A stretch of DNA of 64,000 nt from Gemmatimonadota bacterium. GTDB taxonomy: Bacteria; Gemmatimonadota; Gemmatimonadetes; Gemmatimonadales; GWC2-71-9. The notes below the pieces were generated by a model that saw nothing but the letters and a program-made list of their open reading frames with translations, was not told the origin of the DNA and ran no database searches. The stretch is from the NCBI GenBank assembly GCA_036679645.1, contig JAZDCY010000014.1:1-64000 (forward strand). Reading direction: 5' to 3'. Position numbers and translations under genes: made by a program. Positions 40,701 to 50,335 of this stretch are shown piece after piece. How positions within the stretch are numbered: the first letter of the stretch is position 1; every line of letters starts with the position of its first letter.

Positions 40701-41066
40701 ATGAACGTGCTGCTGATCGAAGACGATCCCCTGGTCCGAGACAGCATCGCGAATGTGTTGGAACGGGACGGGTTTGCGGTCACCGGGGTTCCCAACGGCC
40801 TTCAAGGACTGGCCGAGCTGCGGGACGGGCAATACGCCGCCATCGTGTGCGATCTGCGCCTTCCCTTTCTTCAGGGCGACGATTTCTACGTCCAGGTGAA
40901 AGACCTCTTCCCCGACATGGCCAAGCGTATCGTCTACGTCACCGGGTTCGCGGACGACCCCAAGGCCCGGGAGTTCCTCGAGGGAACCGGCCAGCCCTTC
41001 CTGGGGAAACCGTTCGAGTCGAGCGAATTGATCGAGATCGTATCGAAGGTGGCCGGCAAGGTGTAG
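40701..41066 (+). CDS. Single-domain response regulator
   Basis: LLIEDD, CDLRLP, VTG, KPF. Confidence 0.92.
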   Translation: MNVLLIEDDPLVRDSIANVLERDGFAVTGVPNGLQGLAELRDGQYAAIVCDLRLPFLQGDDFYVQVKDLFPDMAKRIVYVTGFADDPKAREFLEGTGQPFLGKPFESSELIEIVSKVAGKV

Positions 41067-41085
41067 GGGCGCATTGCGTGCACCC

Positions 41086-41658
41086 CTACCGGAAATACGG
41101 ATCGGTCCCCGATGCGTGGTCCGTCACGTCCCGGATCCCCTGAAAACCCGGGATCGTGCGGCGAAAATGCGCCTCGATGCCCTGCCTCAGCGTCACGTTA
41201 GCCATGCCGCACCCCTGACAGCCGCCCATCAGACGTAGCACGACCACGCCGTCCTGCACATCGATCAACTCGATCTGCCCACCGTGACTCGCGACCGAGG
41301 GATTGATGTCGCGCACGAGTGCCTGATCGGCGGACTCGAACATCTCATCGTCCGAGAGCGGGGGGCCGGCCGCCTCGTCAGGCCCATCTCCACGCTGGAG
41401 CGCGGTGCCGATGGCGTAGCGGACGCGGTCCTCGAGCTCGTCCCACGAGGCGTCCGCCCGCCGCAGCGCGGTGACGGCGTTCTCCTCGAGCACGACCTCC
41501 TGGACACCCGGCACCGCCATCACCGCCTCGGCAACCCGATTGCCGGCGGCGTCCTCGGCCGTGGCAATGCGGTGCGAGCCGGGCGGCGCGATGGCCTCAC
41601 CGGTCTCGACGACGAATCGGCGGATGCGCTCGTGAGAATCGGGCTGGGGAGCGGTCAT
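41086..41658 (-). CDS. NifU/Nfu-family Fe-S carrier
   Basis: INP.VASHGG, GGCQGC, DVTDHASG.DPY. Confidence 0.9.
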   Translation of the reverse strand: MTAPQPDSHERIRRFVVETGEAIAPPGSHRIATAEDAAGNRVAEAVMAVPGVQEVVLEENAVTALRRADASWDELEDRVRYAIGTALQRGDGPDEAAGPPLSDDEMFESADQALVRDINPSVASHGGQIELIDVQDGVVVLRLMGGCQGCGMANVTLRQGIEAHFRRTIPGFQGIRDVTDHASGTDPYFR

Positions 41659-41695
41659 GGGGAAATGATAACAGGGTTATGACGTGCGCATCTAC

Positions 41696-44600
41696 CTACG
41701 ATCGGGGCCGCTCTCCCCCGACGACAATCGCCGGTAAATTCAAGGTCGCAACGGCCCGATTGAATGCCGGGATGCCTTCCTCGAGCACCGCATTCAACCG
41801 ATCGAGCTGTTCCTGCAGTTGTGCCGACAGTTCCTCGAAGACGGCGTACGCCTGATCGGTCGGCTTGTGGTCGCCGTTGGCTACAACACCGCTGAGACCC
41901 GCGATCTTGTTGTTGAGCCGGATCGGAAAGTTCAGCGGGTCCTGGCTGCTGCGGTTCTGAGTCTGATAGATCGATTCCTCGATCTCCTTCAGGTCTCCCT
42001 TCATGTCGTCCGCTGTGGCGCGCACCGAATCTGCCGCGACACTGTCCACCGCGTCGCCAGCAGACGTGATTCTTTCGAGCACACCGTCAATCTGCTCGCG
42101 CACCGTACGGATGCGTGACACAGCGTCATTCGCCTCGCCGACGCGATCGCGGATCCGGATCAGGAAATCGAATTGTTCCTGCAGATCTGCCTGGGTTGCC
42201 GGGACGCGCGGGTCGGCGGCCAGGTCGAACGATTCGGTCTGCGACCACTCACCGACACTCAACCGCACCTGATAGGTCCCCGGCACGGCTCGCGGCCCGG
42301 CCGTACTCCCACCCCACATGATCAGGCCATCGAACCGGCTGGCATCGGGATACCGCATGTTCCACGCAAATCGGTTCATACCGGACTCGACCTCTAGCTG
42401 GGCATTCCGCTCACTCGCCTCGGAGGAATATGACTTGATCACCTCACCGTCCTCCTCGAGGAACTCGAGCTTCACCTCGACGTCCTCGTCCGCCTCACGC
42501 ACGTAGAAGAACGTCATGACGCCAGCGGGAGGATTCTGCCCGACGCCGGTGGCACCGAACCCGAACCCGAACCCGCCACCCATTCGGTACGTGGGCCGAG
42601 GGGCATAGAGATGGAAGTCGGCCGCCGCAATGTCCTCATCAAGCGCACGCAGCGGAGTGACATCATCCAATATCCAGAATGACCGGCCGTGCGTCGCGAC
42701 AATCACGTCGCGGTCCTGGAGGATGAGATCGTGCACGGGTACTACCGGAAGATTCAGCTGTAGCGACTGCCAGTCTTCCCCGTCATTGAACGACACATAG
42801 ACACCGAACTCCCCGGCGGCGTACAACAGCCCGGGACGCTCGAGATCCTCACGCACTGCCCGGATGAAGTGGTTTGCCGGAATCCCATTCGTAATCAGGT
42901 CCCAGGACCGGCCGTAGTCATCCGTTTTGAAGATGTAGGGGGTGAAATCATCCAGCTTGTATCGTGTCGCGGCCACGTAGGCGGTGGCGGGATCGTGCGG
43001 TGAGACGTCGATGATGCTGATGAGCGCCCACTCGGGGAGATCCCGCGGCGTGACGTTGGTCCACGTCTGACCGGCATCCTGCGTCACGTGCACGAGCCCG
43101 TCGTCGGAGCCCGCCCACATGACGTTGGGGTCGTGCTGGGACGGTGCGAGCGCAAACACGGTCCCGTAGTACTCGACGCTCGTGTTGTCCTTGGTGATCG
43201 GGCCGCCCGAGGAACCCATCTTGCTCTTGTCGTTTCGTGTGAGGTCGGGACTGATCCGCTCCCACGTCTGGCCCTCATTGGTCGTGCGGTGCACGTGTTG
43301 CGATGTGACGTAGAGCGTGTTCGGGTCATGCGGGGAGAGGATGATAGGGAACGTCCACTGAAATCGCTCCCGTAACTCAGCCGCGCCCCAGCCCATGGGG
43401 TTGTCGGGCCACACCGTGACGCTGCGGTTCTGCCGGTTGGCTAGGTCATGCCGGCTGAGCTGGCCGCCATAGCATCCCGCGTAAAAGATGTCGGTGTTGT
43501 CGGGTCGTTGCGCCACATAGCCGCTCTCGCATCCACCCACACTTACGACGTAGCTCGAGGGCCGGATGCCACCTCCCGTCGTCCGGCTGGGCACACAGAT
43601 CGTGCTGTTGTCCTGCTGGCCGCCGCAGACCATGTACGGGAAGTCGGCGGTTGCATAGGCGTGATACATCTGCGCCGTCGGCTGGTTGTCCTGCTGTGTC
43701 CACGTGACGCCGCCGTTGTACGTGACGTTCGCGCCGCCGTCGTTGCCGTTGATCATCCGGTCGGCATCGTTCGGCGCAATCCACAACGCGTGATTGTCAC
43801 CGTGTGGCGTGCGAACCCGGCTGTAGGTGCTGCCGCCGTCGACCGAGCGATAGAACCCGGTGTTCATCACGTACACGGTCTCAACGTCCTCGGGATCGGC
43901 GTCGATCTCCGTGTAGTACCAGGCGCGCTGCCGCAGCGAGCGGTCACTGTTCACGCGACGCCACGTCTCGCCGGCGTCGTCGGAACGGAACACCCCACCC
44001 TCGTCGGCTTCGACGATTGCCCACACGCGGCTCGGGTTGACCGGTGAGACGGTGACCCCAATCTTCCCAATCGTGCCGTCCGGTAGCCCCTCGTTGCGCG
44101 TGAGTTCCGTCCAGGTGTCACCCCCATCAGTGGACTTGAAGAGTCCGCTCCCCGGCCCGCCGCTCTCCATCCCCCACGGCATGCGCTGCACCTGCCAGAG
44201 CGCCGCGTAGAGAATGCGCGGGTTGGTGGGATCCATCGTGACCGCGATCGCGCCCGAGCGCTCGTCGCGATAGAGCACGCGTTCCCAAGTGGTACCGCCG
44301 TCGCGCGAGCGAAAGACGCCGCGCTGCTCGTTGGGCCCGAAGATGTGGCCAAGCGCCGCCACGTAGACGACGTTGTGATCGGTGGGATGCACCGTGATCT
44401 GGCCGACTTGCCCCGCATTCTCGAGGCCGATGGCCGTCCACGACTGTCCGGCATCGGTCGACCTGTATACCCCGTTTCCGGGCGAGACGTTACCGCGCGG
44501 CGGCGACTCGCCCGTGCCGACGTAGATCACGTTGGGATCCGATGGCGCGACCGCGATAGCGCCGATAGACCCGGCCATGGTCGTGCTGTCTGTGGTCGGG

Positions 44601-44839
44601 AACCACCGCGCACCGCCGTCCGTCGTCTTCCAGACGCCGCCGCCGGTCCCGCCGAAATAGTAGGTGTAGGGTTGATCCGCATGCCCCGCGACCGCGGTCG
44701 ACCGACCGCCCCGGAAGGGACCAATCATGCGCCACTGCATTGCGTGGTAGAGGGTCGAGTCGTACTGCGCCGCTGCCGTCGCCGTGGAAAGGGCGAGCGT
44801 CGCAACGGCGAGCGTCGAGAGGAGAACCGAACGCCGCAT
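41696..44839 (-). CDS. Secreted BNR-repeat/VPS10 beta-propeller protein (glycosyl hydrolase-like)
   Basis: WR.IGPFRGGR, repeated S.DGG.TW, ATHGRSFWILDD. Confidence 0.9.
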   Translation of the reverse strand: MRRSVLLSTLAVATLALSTATAAAQYDSTLYHAMQWRMIGPFRGGRSTAVAGHADQPYTYYFGGTGGGVWKTTDGGARWFPTTDSTTMAGSIGAIAVAPSDPNVIYVGTGESPPRGNVSPGNGVYRSTDAGQSWTAIGLENAGQVGQITVHPTDHNVVYVAALGHIFGPNEQRGVFRSRDGGTTWERVLYRDERSGAIAVTMDPTNPRILYAALWQVQRMPWGMESGGPGSGLFKSTDGGDTWTELTRNEGLPDGTIGKIGVTVSPVNPSRVWAIVEADEGGVFRSDDAGETWRRVNSDRSLRQRAWYYTEIDADPEDVETVYVMNTGFYRSVDGGSTYSRVRTPHGDNHALWIAPNDADRMINGNDGGANVTYNGGVTWTQQDNQPTAQMYHAYATADFPYMVCGGQQDNSTICVPSRTTGGGIRPSSYVVSVGGCESGYVAQRPDNTDIFYAGCYGGQLSRHDLANRQNRSVTVWPDNPMGWGAAELRERFQWTFPIILSPHDPNTLYVTSQHVHRTTNEGQTWERISPDLTRNDKSKMGSSGGPITKDNTSVEYYGTVFALAPSQHDPNVMWAGSDDGLVHVTQDAGQTWTNVTPRDLPEWALISIIDVSPHDPATAYVAATRYKLDDFTPYIFKTDDYGRSWDLITNGIPANHFIRAVREDLERPGLLYAAGEFGVYVSFNDGEDWQSLQLNLPVVPVHDLILQDRDVIVATHGRSFWILDDVTPLRALDEDIAAADFHLYAPRPTYRMGGGFGFGFGATGVGQNPPAGVMTFFYVREADEDVEVKLEFLEEDGEVIKSYSSEASERNAQLEVESGMNRFAWNMRYPDASRFDGLIMWGGSTAGPRAVPGTYQVRLSVGEWSQTESFDLAADPRVPATQADLQEQFDFLIRIRDRVGEANDAVSRIRTVREQIDGVLERITSAGDAVDSVAADSVRATADDMKGDLKEIEESIYQTQNRSSQDPLNFPIRLNNKIAGLSGVVANGDHKPTDQAYAVFEELSAQLQEQLDRLNAVLEEGIPAFNRAVATLNLPAIVVGGERPRS

Positions 44840-44947
44840 CGAAGACCTCGGAATTCGTGGTGAGTTAGGCTTGGCGACTTGGGTTATATCGCGCGAGACG
44901 AGATCCCGCTAGGGCCGACCCTGTCAACCGTTTCCGTCAACCATACA

Positions 44948-46159
44948 CTACTTCAAGACGTCCGCCACCTCACCCAACGCCCACTCCAACGCCTCCTTTT
45001 CCACCGTGAGCGGCGGCGCAAAGCGGATCACCTGCGCGTGCGTCTCCTTGCACAAGATCCCGCGTTCGGCCAGAGCCTCGCAGAACGGCCTGGCCGTGCC
45101 GCTCGACTCCTTGACCTCGACCCCAACCATCAGTCCCTTGCCCCGGATCTCCTTGACGTGCGGCGACTCGATCTTGCACAACTCACCCATGAACCACTGA
45201 CCGATCTCCTGTGCGCGGTCTGCCAGTCTCTCCTCTTGCAACACCTGGAGTGCGGCGCGGCCTACAGCGGCGCCGAGCGGATTCCCACCAAAGGTGGAAC
45301 CGTGATCGCCGGGAGCGAAGACGTCCATGACGGGCGCATCCGCCAGCATCGCCGAGACCGGGTACACGCCCGCGCCGAGCGCCTTGCCGAGCACCATCAC
45401 ATCGGGGCGCACGCCGTCCCACTCGCAGCAGAACATCTTCCCCGTGCGCCCGAGGCCCGTCTGAATCTCGTCGGCCACGAGCAGGACGTTGTTCGCCTTG
45501 CAGATCTCCGCTGCGCGAGCCAGATACCCGTCCGGTGCCACGATGACACCACCCTCCCCCTGAAGCGGCTCGACGAGAAACGCGGCGGTGTTCGCGGTGA
45601 TCGCGCGCTCGAGCGCATCGGCGTCGGCGAACGGCACTACCACGAACCCAGGCGTGAGTGGCCCGAAATCGGCCTTGTAGGCGTCCTCGGTGGAAAACGA
45701 CACGACCGTCGTCGTGCGACCGTGGAAGTTGTTCGCGCACACGATGATCTCGGCCTGATCGGCGGGAATCCCCTTCACGCGATAGCCCCAACGACGCACC
45801 GCCTTGATCGCCGTCTCGACAGCCTCTGCGCCGGTGTTCATTGGGAGCGCCTGCTCGTAGCCGGAGAGTTCGCAAAGTTCTCGCAGGAACGGACCCATCT
45901 GGTCGTTGTGAAAGGCGCGCGACGTCAACGTGAGCCTCTCGAGTTGTGCCCGTGCCGCCTCGAGAATCGCCGGGTGGCGGTGCCCCTGATTGAGCGCCGA
46001 GTAGGCGGCGAGGCAGTCGAGATAGCGCTTCCCATCGACATCCCACACCCAAGCGCCTTCCCCGCGCTCGAGGATGATGGGCAACGGCAGGTAGTTCTTG
46101 GCGCTGTAGCGATCGACTTCGCTGAGGTAGTCAACAGACGTGGTCATCGGTGCATACAC
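44948..46159 (-). CDS. rocD: Ornithine--oxo-acid aminotransferase (start 46159 or 46147)
   Basis: NY.PLP, AYSALNQGH.HP, PMNTGAEAVETA, DEIQTGLGRTG, GKAL, HGSTFGGNP. Confidence 0.95.
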   Translation of the reverse strand: MYAPMTTSVDYLSEVDRYSAKNYLPLPIILERGEGAWVWDVDGKRYLDCLAAYSALNQGHRHPAILEAARAQLERLTLTSRAFHNDQMGPFLRELCELSGYEQALPMNTGAEAVETAIKAVRRWGYRVKGIPADQAEIIVCANNFHGRTTTVVSFSTEDAYKADFGPLTPGFVVVPFADADALERAITANTAAFLVEPLQGEGGVIVAPDGYLARAAEICKANNVLLVADEIQTGLGRTGKMFCCEWDGVRPDVMVLGKALGAGVYPVSAMLADAPVMDVFAPGDHGSTFGGNPLGAAVGRAALQVLQEERLADRAQEIGQWFMGELCKIESPHVKEIRGKGLMVGVEVKESSGTARPFCEALAERGILCKETHAQVIRFAPPLTVEKEALEWALGEVADVLK

Positions 46160-46207
46160 CCTATGGTAAAGCGTCTGAATAATGATAACGCCCCTACAGG
46201 TGCGCCC

Positions 46208-47173
46208 CTACCGGCTGGGCACCTTTTCCAGGAGCAATACCGCAAACCAGTCGCGGTCGTCCGTGAACGCGCGCACCAGCCGGAAATCGAAGCAGGCGAG
46301 GTAGTCCTCGAGGCTACCCAGCGTGAACTTCCGGCTGATCTCGGTCATGATCTGTTCGCCGGCCTCGATGCGGAAGTCTCGTCCAAGCGGGCTCACGTGA
46401 AGCGTCTGCGTTGTCTGGAAGCGGGCCGAGATTTCGATCCGTCGCCACGCGGCGTTCCACGTCGCCGCATGCTCGATGCGGTCGACATCGAGACCGGCGT
46501 CGAGTTCGCGGTTCATCCGCGTGAACAGATTCCTGGTGAACGCCGCCGTGACGCCGGCGGCATCGTTGTACGCCGCCTCCAGAACCGTCCCATCCTTGAC
46601 GAGATCGACACCCAGCAGGACGTAGCTGCCGTCCTCGATGGTCGCCGAGACGCGGCGCCAGAAGCTGATCGTCTCGGCTTGATTCATGTTGCCGATGGTG
46701 GAGCCAAGAAAGAGCAACATCGTGGGCGCGTACTGCGTCAGGAGGGGGAACGCTGCTTCGTACTGCCCGTGCACCCCTGCGACGTTGACCGACGGGAACG
46801 TCTCCCCAATGCGCTCCGCCGCCACCTCGAGAATCGATGCGCTCACATCGACCGGAACGTACCGGATCTCGTCGTGGTGCTCGCTGTACGCGGCTAGCAG
46901 ATGATCGGTCTTGACCGCACTACCGGACCCCAACTCGATCAACGTTACCGGACCGGTGATCTCACGAATCTCCGACGCCGAACGTTCGAGAATGGACGAT
47001 TCGGTTCGCGTAAGGTAGTACTCGGGTAGATCGCAGATCTGCTCGAAGAGAGCGCTGCCGTTCGCATCGTACAGAAAGCGTGCGGGCAGCCATCGCGGAC
47101 TGTCACTCAGCCCGAGCGCAACGGCCTGCGCGAAGTCCAGCACCGGATTCGCGCTCACATCGGTCGAAGCCAT
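46208..47173 (-). CDS. egtD: L-histidine N-alpha-methyltransferase
   Basis: LPEYYLTRTE, ELGSG, FLGSTIGN, AYNDAAGVTAAF, TEISRKF. Confidence 0.93.
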   Translation of the reverse strand: MASTDVSANPVLDFAQAVALGLSDSPRWLPARFLYDANGSALFEQICDLPEYYLTRTESSILERSASEIREITGPVTLIELGSGSAVKTDHLLAAYSEHHDEIRYVPVDVSASILEVAAERIGETFPSVNVAGVHGQYEAAFPLLTQYAPTMLLFLGSTIGNMNQAETISFWRRVSATIEDGSYVLLGVDLVKDGTVLEAAYNDAAGVTAAFTRNLFTRMNRELDAGLDVDRIEHAATWNAAWRRIEISARFQTTQTLHVSPLGRDFRIEAGEQIMTEISRKFTLGSLEDYLACFDFRLVRAFTDDRDWFAVLLLEKVPSR

Positions 47174-47423
47174 TAACCAAGCTATCCGGCACCCCGGAAG
47201 GCGGCAACCATCGATGACGGAGGCTGTCCCGCCTCGAGGCAACACGACAGCGGACTGCCACCTGGCGAGCGGAATGCGACGGCCCAAAGCCAGGGCCTGG
47301 GAGATGTTCGGTGACGGAACCACTTTGTGGACAACGACTTAAGGCGCTTCCAGGAGCGTCGGTACGGCGTTTGCAACCCGTTTGCGTAGACGGCGCTCGT
47401 CAAGCAGCGATGAGTTGCCGATA

Positions 47424-47508
47424 ACTCTGTAGAACGGCATACGGCGGGTGACCGCCGGACGCAAAGCCATCGGATCTCCCACCGCGGAGACGGCCGGGCC
47501 GCCGGAGA
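47424..47508 (+). promoter_or_regulatory. c-di-GMP-I (GEMM-I) riboswitch
   Basis: GGCATAC-GGCGG GTGA CCGCC-GGACGCAAAGCC...GGCCGGGCCGCCG: GNRA-capped P2 and the GACGCAAAGC core; P1 is CTCTG/CGGAG. Confidence 0.85.
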
Positions 47509-47512
47509 GAGA

Positions 47513-49150
47513 ATGCAAGAATCGACGAGTGCGCTCTATGCGCACCTCACGGAACTCGAAAACCGCCTCGAGATAGAAACCCAGCGCCGCGCTCAGGCGG
47601 AGACATCACTCCGACGCCTGACGAAGGCGGCGGAGACCATGCAACTCGGCGTCACAATTACCGATGTCGAGGGCAAGATCGTCTATACCAATCCGGCCGA
47701 CGCCATCATGCACGGGTACACGGTCGATGAATTGATCGGCCAGGACGTGAGCGCGCTCGGCTGCCCGCACGATCGCAACCGCCTGGAAGCCAAAGCACTC
47801 GAGGGCATGAAGAGCTGGCAGCGCGAGCGGCTCAACACGCGCAAGGATGGCTCGGTGTTCCCCGTCGAGTTGCTGTCGGACGCGGTGATCGATACCGACG
47901 GCCGCCCCATAGGGATAATCACCACCTGCCAGGACATCTCGTCCCGCAAGGCCGCCGAGCAGCAACTGCGCGATTCACACGAAGAGCTCGAAGCCCGACT
48001 CCGCCAATCCCAGAAGTTAGAAGCCATTGGACAGCTCACGGGCGGGATTGCGCACGACTTCAACAACATGCTGGCCGTCGTCCTCGCCAACGCCGAGCTG
48101 CTGGTAGCTTATCTCCCGGAGGACGACGACGATCTCCGCGTTGCAGCGTCCGACATCCGCGAGGCGGCGCGGGCCAGCGCACGGATGATCGAGCGATTGC
48201 TCGGGTTCAGCCGACAGGCGCCGCTCGAGTTGATCCCCACGGACCTGGGACAGTTGGTCTGTGATACGACGGGGATGCTGCGTCGTATCATCAGACAGGA
48301 CATCGAGATCGAGGTCGCTACCGACACGCCGGCAGGAACCGTGACGGCAGACCATTCCGCGGTGCAGCAGATGCTCATGAACCTCGTCACGAACGCGCGC
48401 GACGCCATGTCGGAAGGCGGAGCAATACGTATCGTCGTCGCGAACGAGATCCTCGGTGAAGACGAACAGAAAGCGCATCCGTGGGTGCAACCCGGAGACT
48501 ATGTGCGCGTCTCGGTCAGCGACACCGGTACCGGCATGGACGCGGATACTCTCGGGAGGGTCTTCGAGCCGTTCTTCACCACGAAACCGCAGGGGCAAGG
48601 TACGGGCCTCGGTCTCGCCATGATCTACGGGCTCATGAAGCAGCACCGCGGGTACGTGCATGTGTTCAGCGAGCCGGGCCTTGGCACGACGGTGCACATG
48701 CACTTCCCGGCCATAGCTGCCCAGGCGGAGCGTCCGTCGATCCCCATCTCCACTGCCGCGTCCTTCGACCCGCAGAGCGGCACGATTCTACTCGCCGAAG
48801 ACGAAGAGATCGTGCGGCGCACCGCCTGCCGGGCGCTCGAAAGGCTGGGGTACCGGGTGCTCGCTGCCCAAGACGGAGCCGACGCCATCGCCATTTTCCA
48901 TCAACACCGCAACGAGATCGGGTTGGTCATGTCGGACATGATCATGCCCAAAATGGGTGGCCGCGAGTTGTACGCGGCCATTCGCCGAGAGGACCCGCGC
49001 ATCCCATTTCTCTTCACGAGCGGGTACCGACCTGACGACGTGCGCGTTCGTATCTCATTGAGCGAGCACACCATGGTACTGCAGAAACCGTGGAAGCTGG
49101 ACGATCTTGCTGCTGCCGTGCGGCGAGCTCTTGACGCGGTCGCCCAGTAG
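47513..49150 (+). CDS. Cytoplasmic PAS hybrid histidine kinase (PAS-HisKA-HATPase-REC)
   Basis: RKDGS.FPVEL, GIAHDFNN, NARDAM, EPFFTTK, GTGLGL, SDMIMP, QKPW. Confidence 0.95.
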   Translation: MQESTSALYAHLTELENRLEIETQRRAQAETSLRRLTKAAETMQLGVTITDVEGKIVYTNPADAIMHGYTVDELIGQDVSALGCPHDRNRLEAKALEGMKSWQRERLNTRKDGSVFPVELLSDAVIDTDGRPIGIITTCQDISSRKAAEQQLRDSHEELEARLRQSQKLEAIGQLTGGIAHDFNNMLAVVLANAELLVAYLPEDDDDLRVAASDIREAARASARMIERLLGFSRQAPLELIPTDLGQLVCDTTGMLRRIIRQDIEIEVATDTPAGTVTADHSAVQQMLMNLVTNARDAMSEGGAIRIVVANEILGEDEQKAHPWVQPGDYVRVSVSDTGTGMDADTLGRVFEPFFTTKPQGQGTGLGLAMIYGLMKQHRGYVHVFSEPGLGTTVHMHFPAIAAQAERPSIPISTAASFDPQSGTILLAEDEEIVRRTACRALERLGYRVLAAQDGADAIAIFHQHRNEIGLVMSDMIMPKMGGRELYAAIRREDPRIPFLFTSGYRPDDVRVRISLSEHTMVLQKPWKLDDLAAAVRRALDAVAQ

Positions 49151-49156
49151 GACGCG

Positions 49157-50254
49157 CTAGCGCACGATACGCGTCTCGGGCTTGAAGATCGCCCAGGCAA
49201 ACCAGAAGTGATTGCCGTGCTGGACGGGCGTGAGGTGCCTCCCCTCCAGCGGCCCGCCCACCGCCCGGCCCAAACCGTCCCAAGTACTGCCGGTCTCACG
49301 ATCGCGAAAGTGGCCGTCTCCCGCCGGTTCGAAGGTGAGCTGTCGTCCATCGACCGTACGCCGATACACACCAGATGAACCCACATCTCGGCCCCGGCTG
49401 ATCTGCCCCGCGTCGAGCGCGCTAGCGGTGCCGGGAGCCCAGAAGACCACGAGCGAAACACCGCCCACCTCACCGTGAATCACCCGCTGCTCCTCGAGCG
49501 CGGAGAACGGGAACGCGGCGGTCTCGCCAGCGATCTGCACCGCCGCGATCCGCTCCATGGCAGGTAGCCTGGCGTCCGTGTCGGGGAAGAAGAAGCTGGA
49601 GTACGGACGCGATTGAGAGTCGTATGCCTCGTAGGGATTCTGACCGTACCGCCGCGAGAAACCGGTGTTCTTCGAGAGGACGCTGCCGTCCGGATAGGTC
49701 CCCTTGAACGTTTCCCAGTTGATCAACGGCGCATGCAGAAAGTCGAGTTGGTCGCCGGCCATCTCGCCCACAATTGCCTCGCCCGTTGCCTGCTGCCACC
49801 ATGTTTCGGTCTGGCGATCGTACATCACGAGATCCGAATGGCGCAGCCACCCGGTCGTCCCGAAGTCGAGCACCTGCCCGTTGTGTCGGCGGTCGAACGC
49901 GAGCGCGGTGTTGCATAACGGACAGAACGTGATCGTTACGGGCACGCCGCCAACCTCGTCGTTTACGATTTCGTGCCATATGAGAATCTGCAGCGGATAC
50001 GCCTTGGCGTCGCCGTTGATGCGCACCATCACTACCGGTTCACGATCATCGAGCCAGCGATCGGCGCGATCGACGGAGACGAAAGTGGGCCGATCGATAG
50101 GTGGAATGCCGTCCTTCGGCGGCCCGCCGGGGACGATCTCTTCCATCGGAACGGTGCGGTTTTCGAAATCGGTCCGCCACGAACCGTCCTGCTGAGCGGA
50201 ACACGCGGGCGGGACGGCGGCAAGCAACGCGGTGCAGACGAGGAATCGGTTCAT
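49157..50254 (-). CDS. DUF3179-domain protein
   Basis: GGPPKDGIP, AYP..IL.WHEIVND, FCPLC, MYDRQTE.WWQQ, FWFAW. Confidence 0.9.
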   Translation of the reverse strand: MNRFLVCTALLAAVPPACSAQQDGSWRTDFENRTVPMEEIVPGGPPKDGIPPIDRPTFVSVDRADRWLDDREPVVMVRINGDAKAYPLQILIWHEIVNDEVGGVPVTITFCPLCNTALAFDRRHNGQVLDFGTTGWLRHSDLVMYDRQTETWWQQATGEAIVGEMAGDQLDFLHAPLINWETFKGTYPDGSVLSKNTGFSRRYGQNPYEAYDSQSRPYSSFFFPDTDARLPAMERIAAVQIAGETAAFPFSALEEQRVIHGEVGGVSLVVFWAPGTASALDAGQISRGRDVGSSGVYRRTVDGRQLTFEPAGDGHFRDRETGSTWDGLGRAVGGPLEGRHLTPVQHGNHFWFAWAIFKPETRIVR

Positions 50255-50335
50255 ACCCACGAAACGGAACAGCCGCTTTGTCTGTTCCCGGTTCCCGACA
50301 CATCTTTCCCCGCACCTTCCCTCCATGGAGTTCAC

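Noticed and set aside
44879..46897. 672-aa plus-strand ORF
   Set aside because: Antisense shadow of rocD and egtD.
47174..47340. SAM or other riboswitch in the egtD leader
   Set aside because: No SAM-I/II consensus could be recognised by eye.
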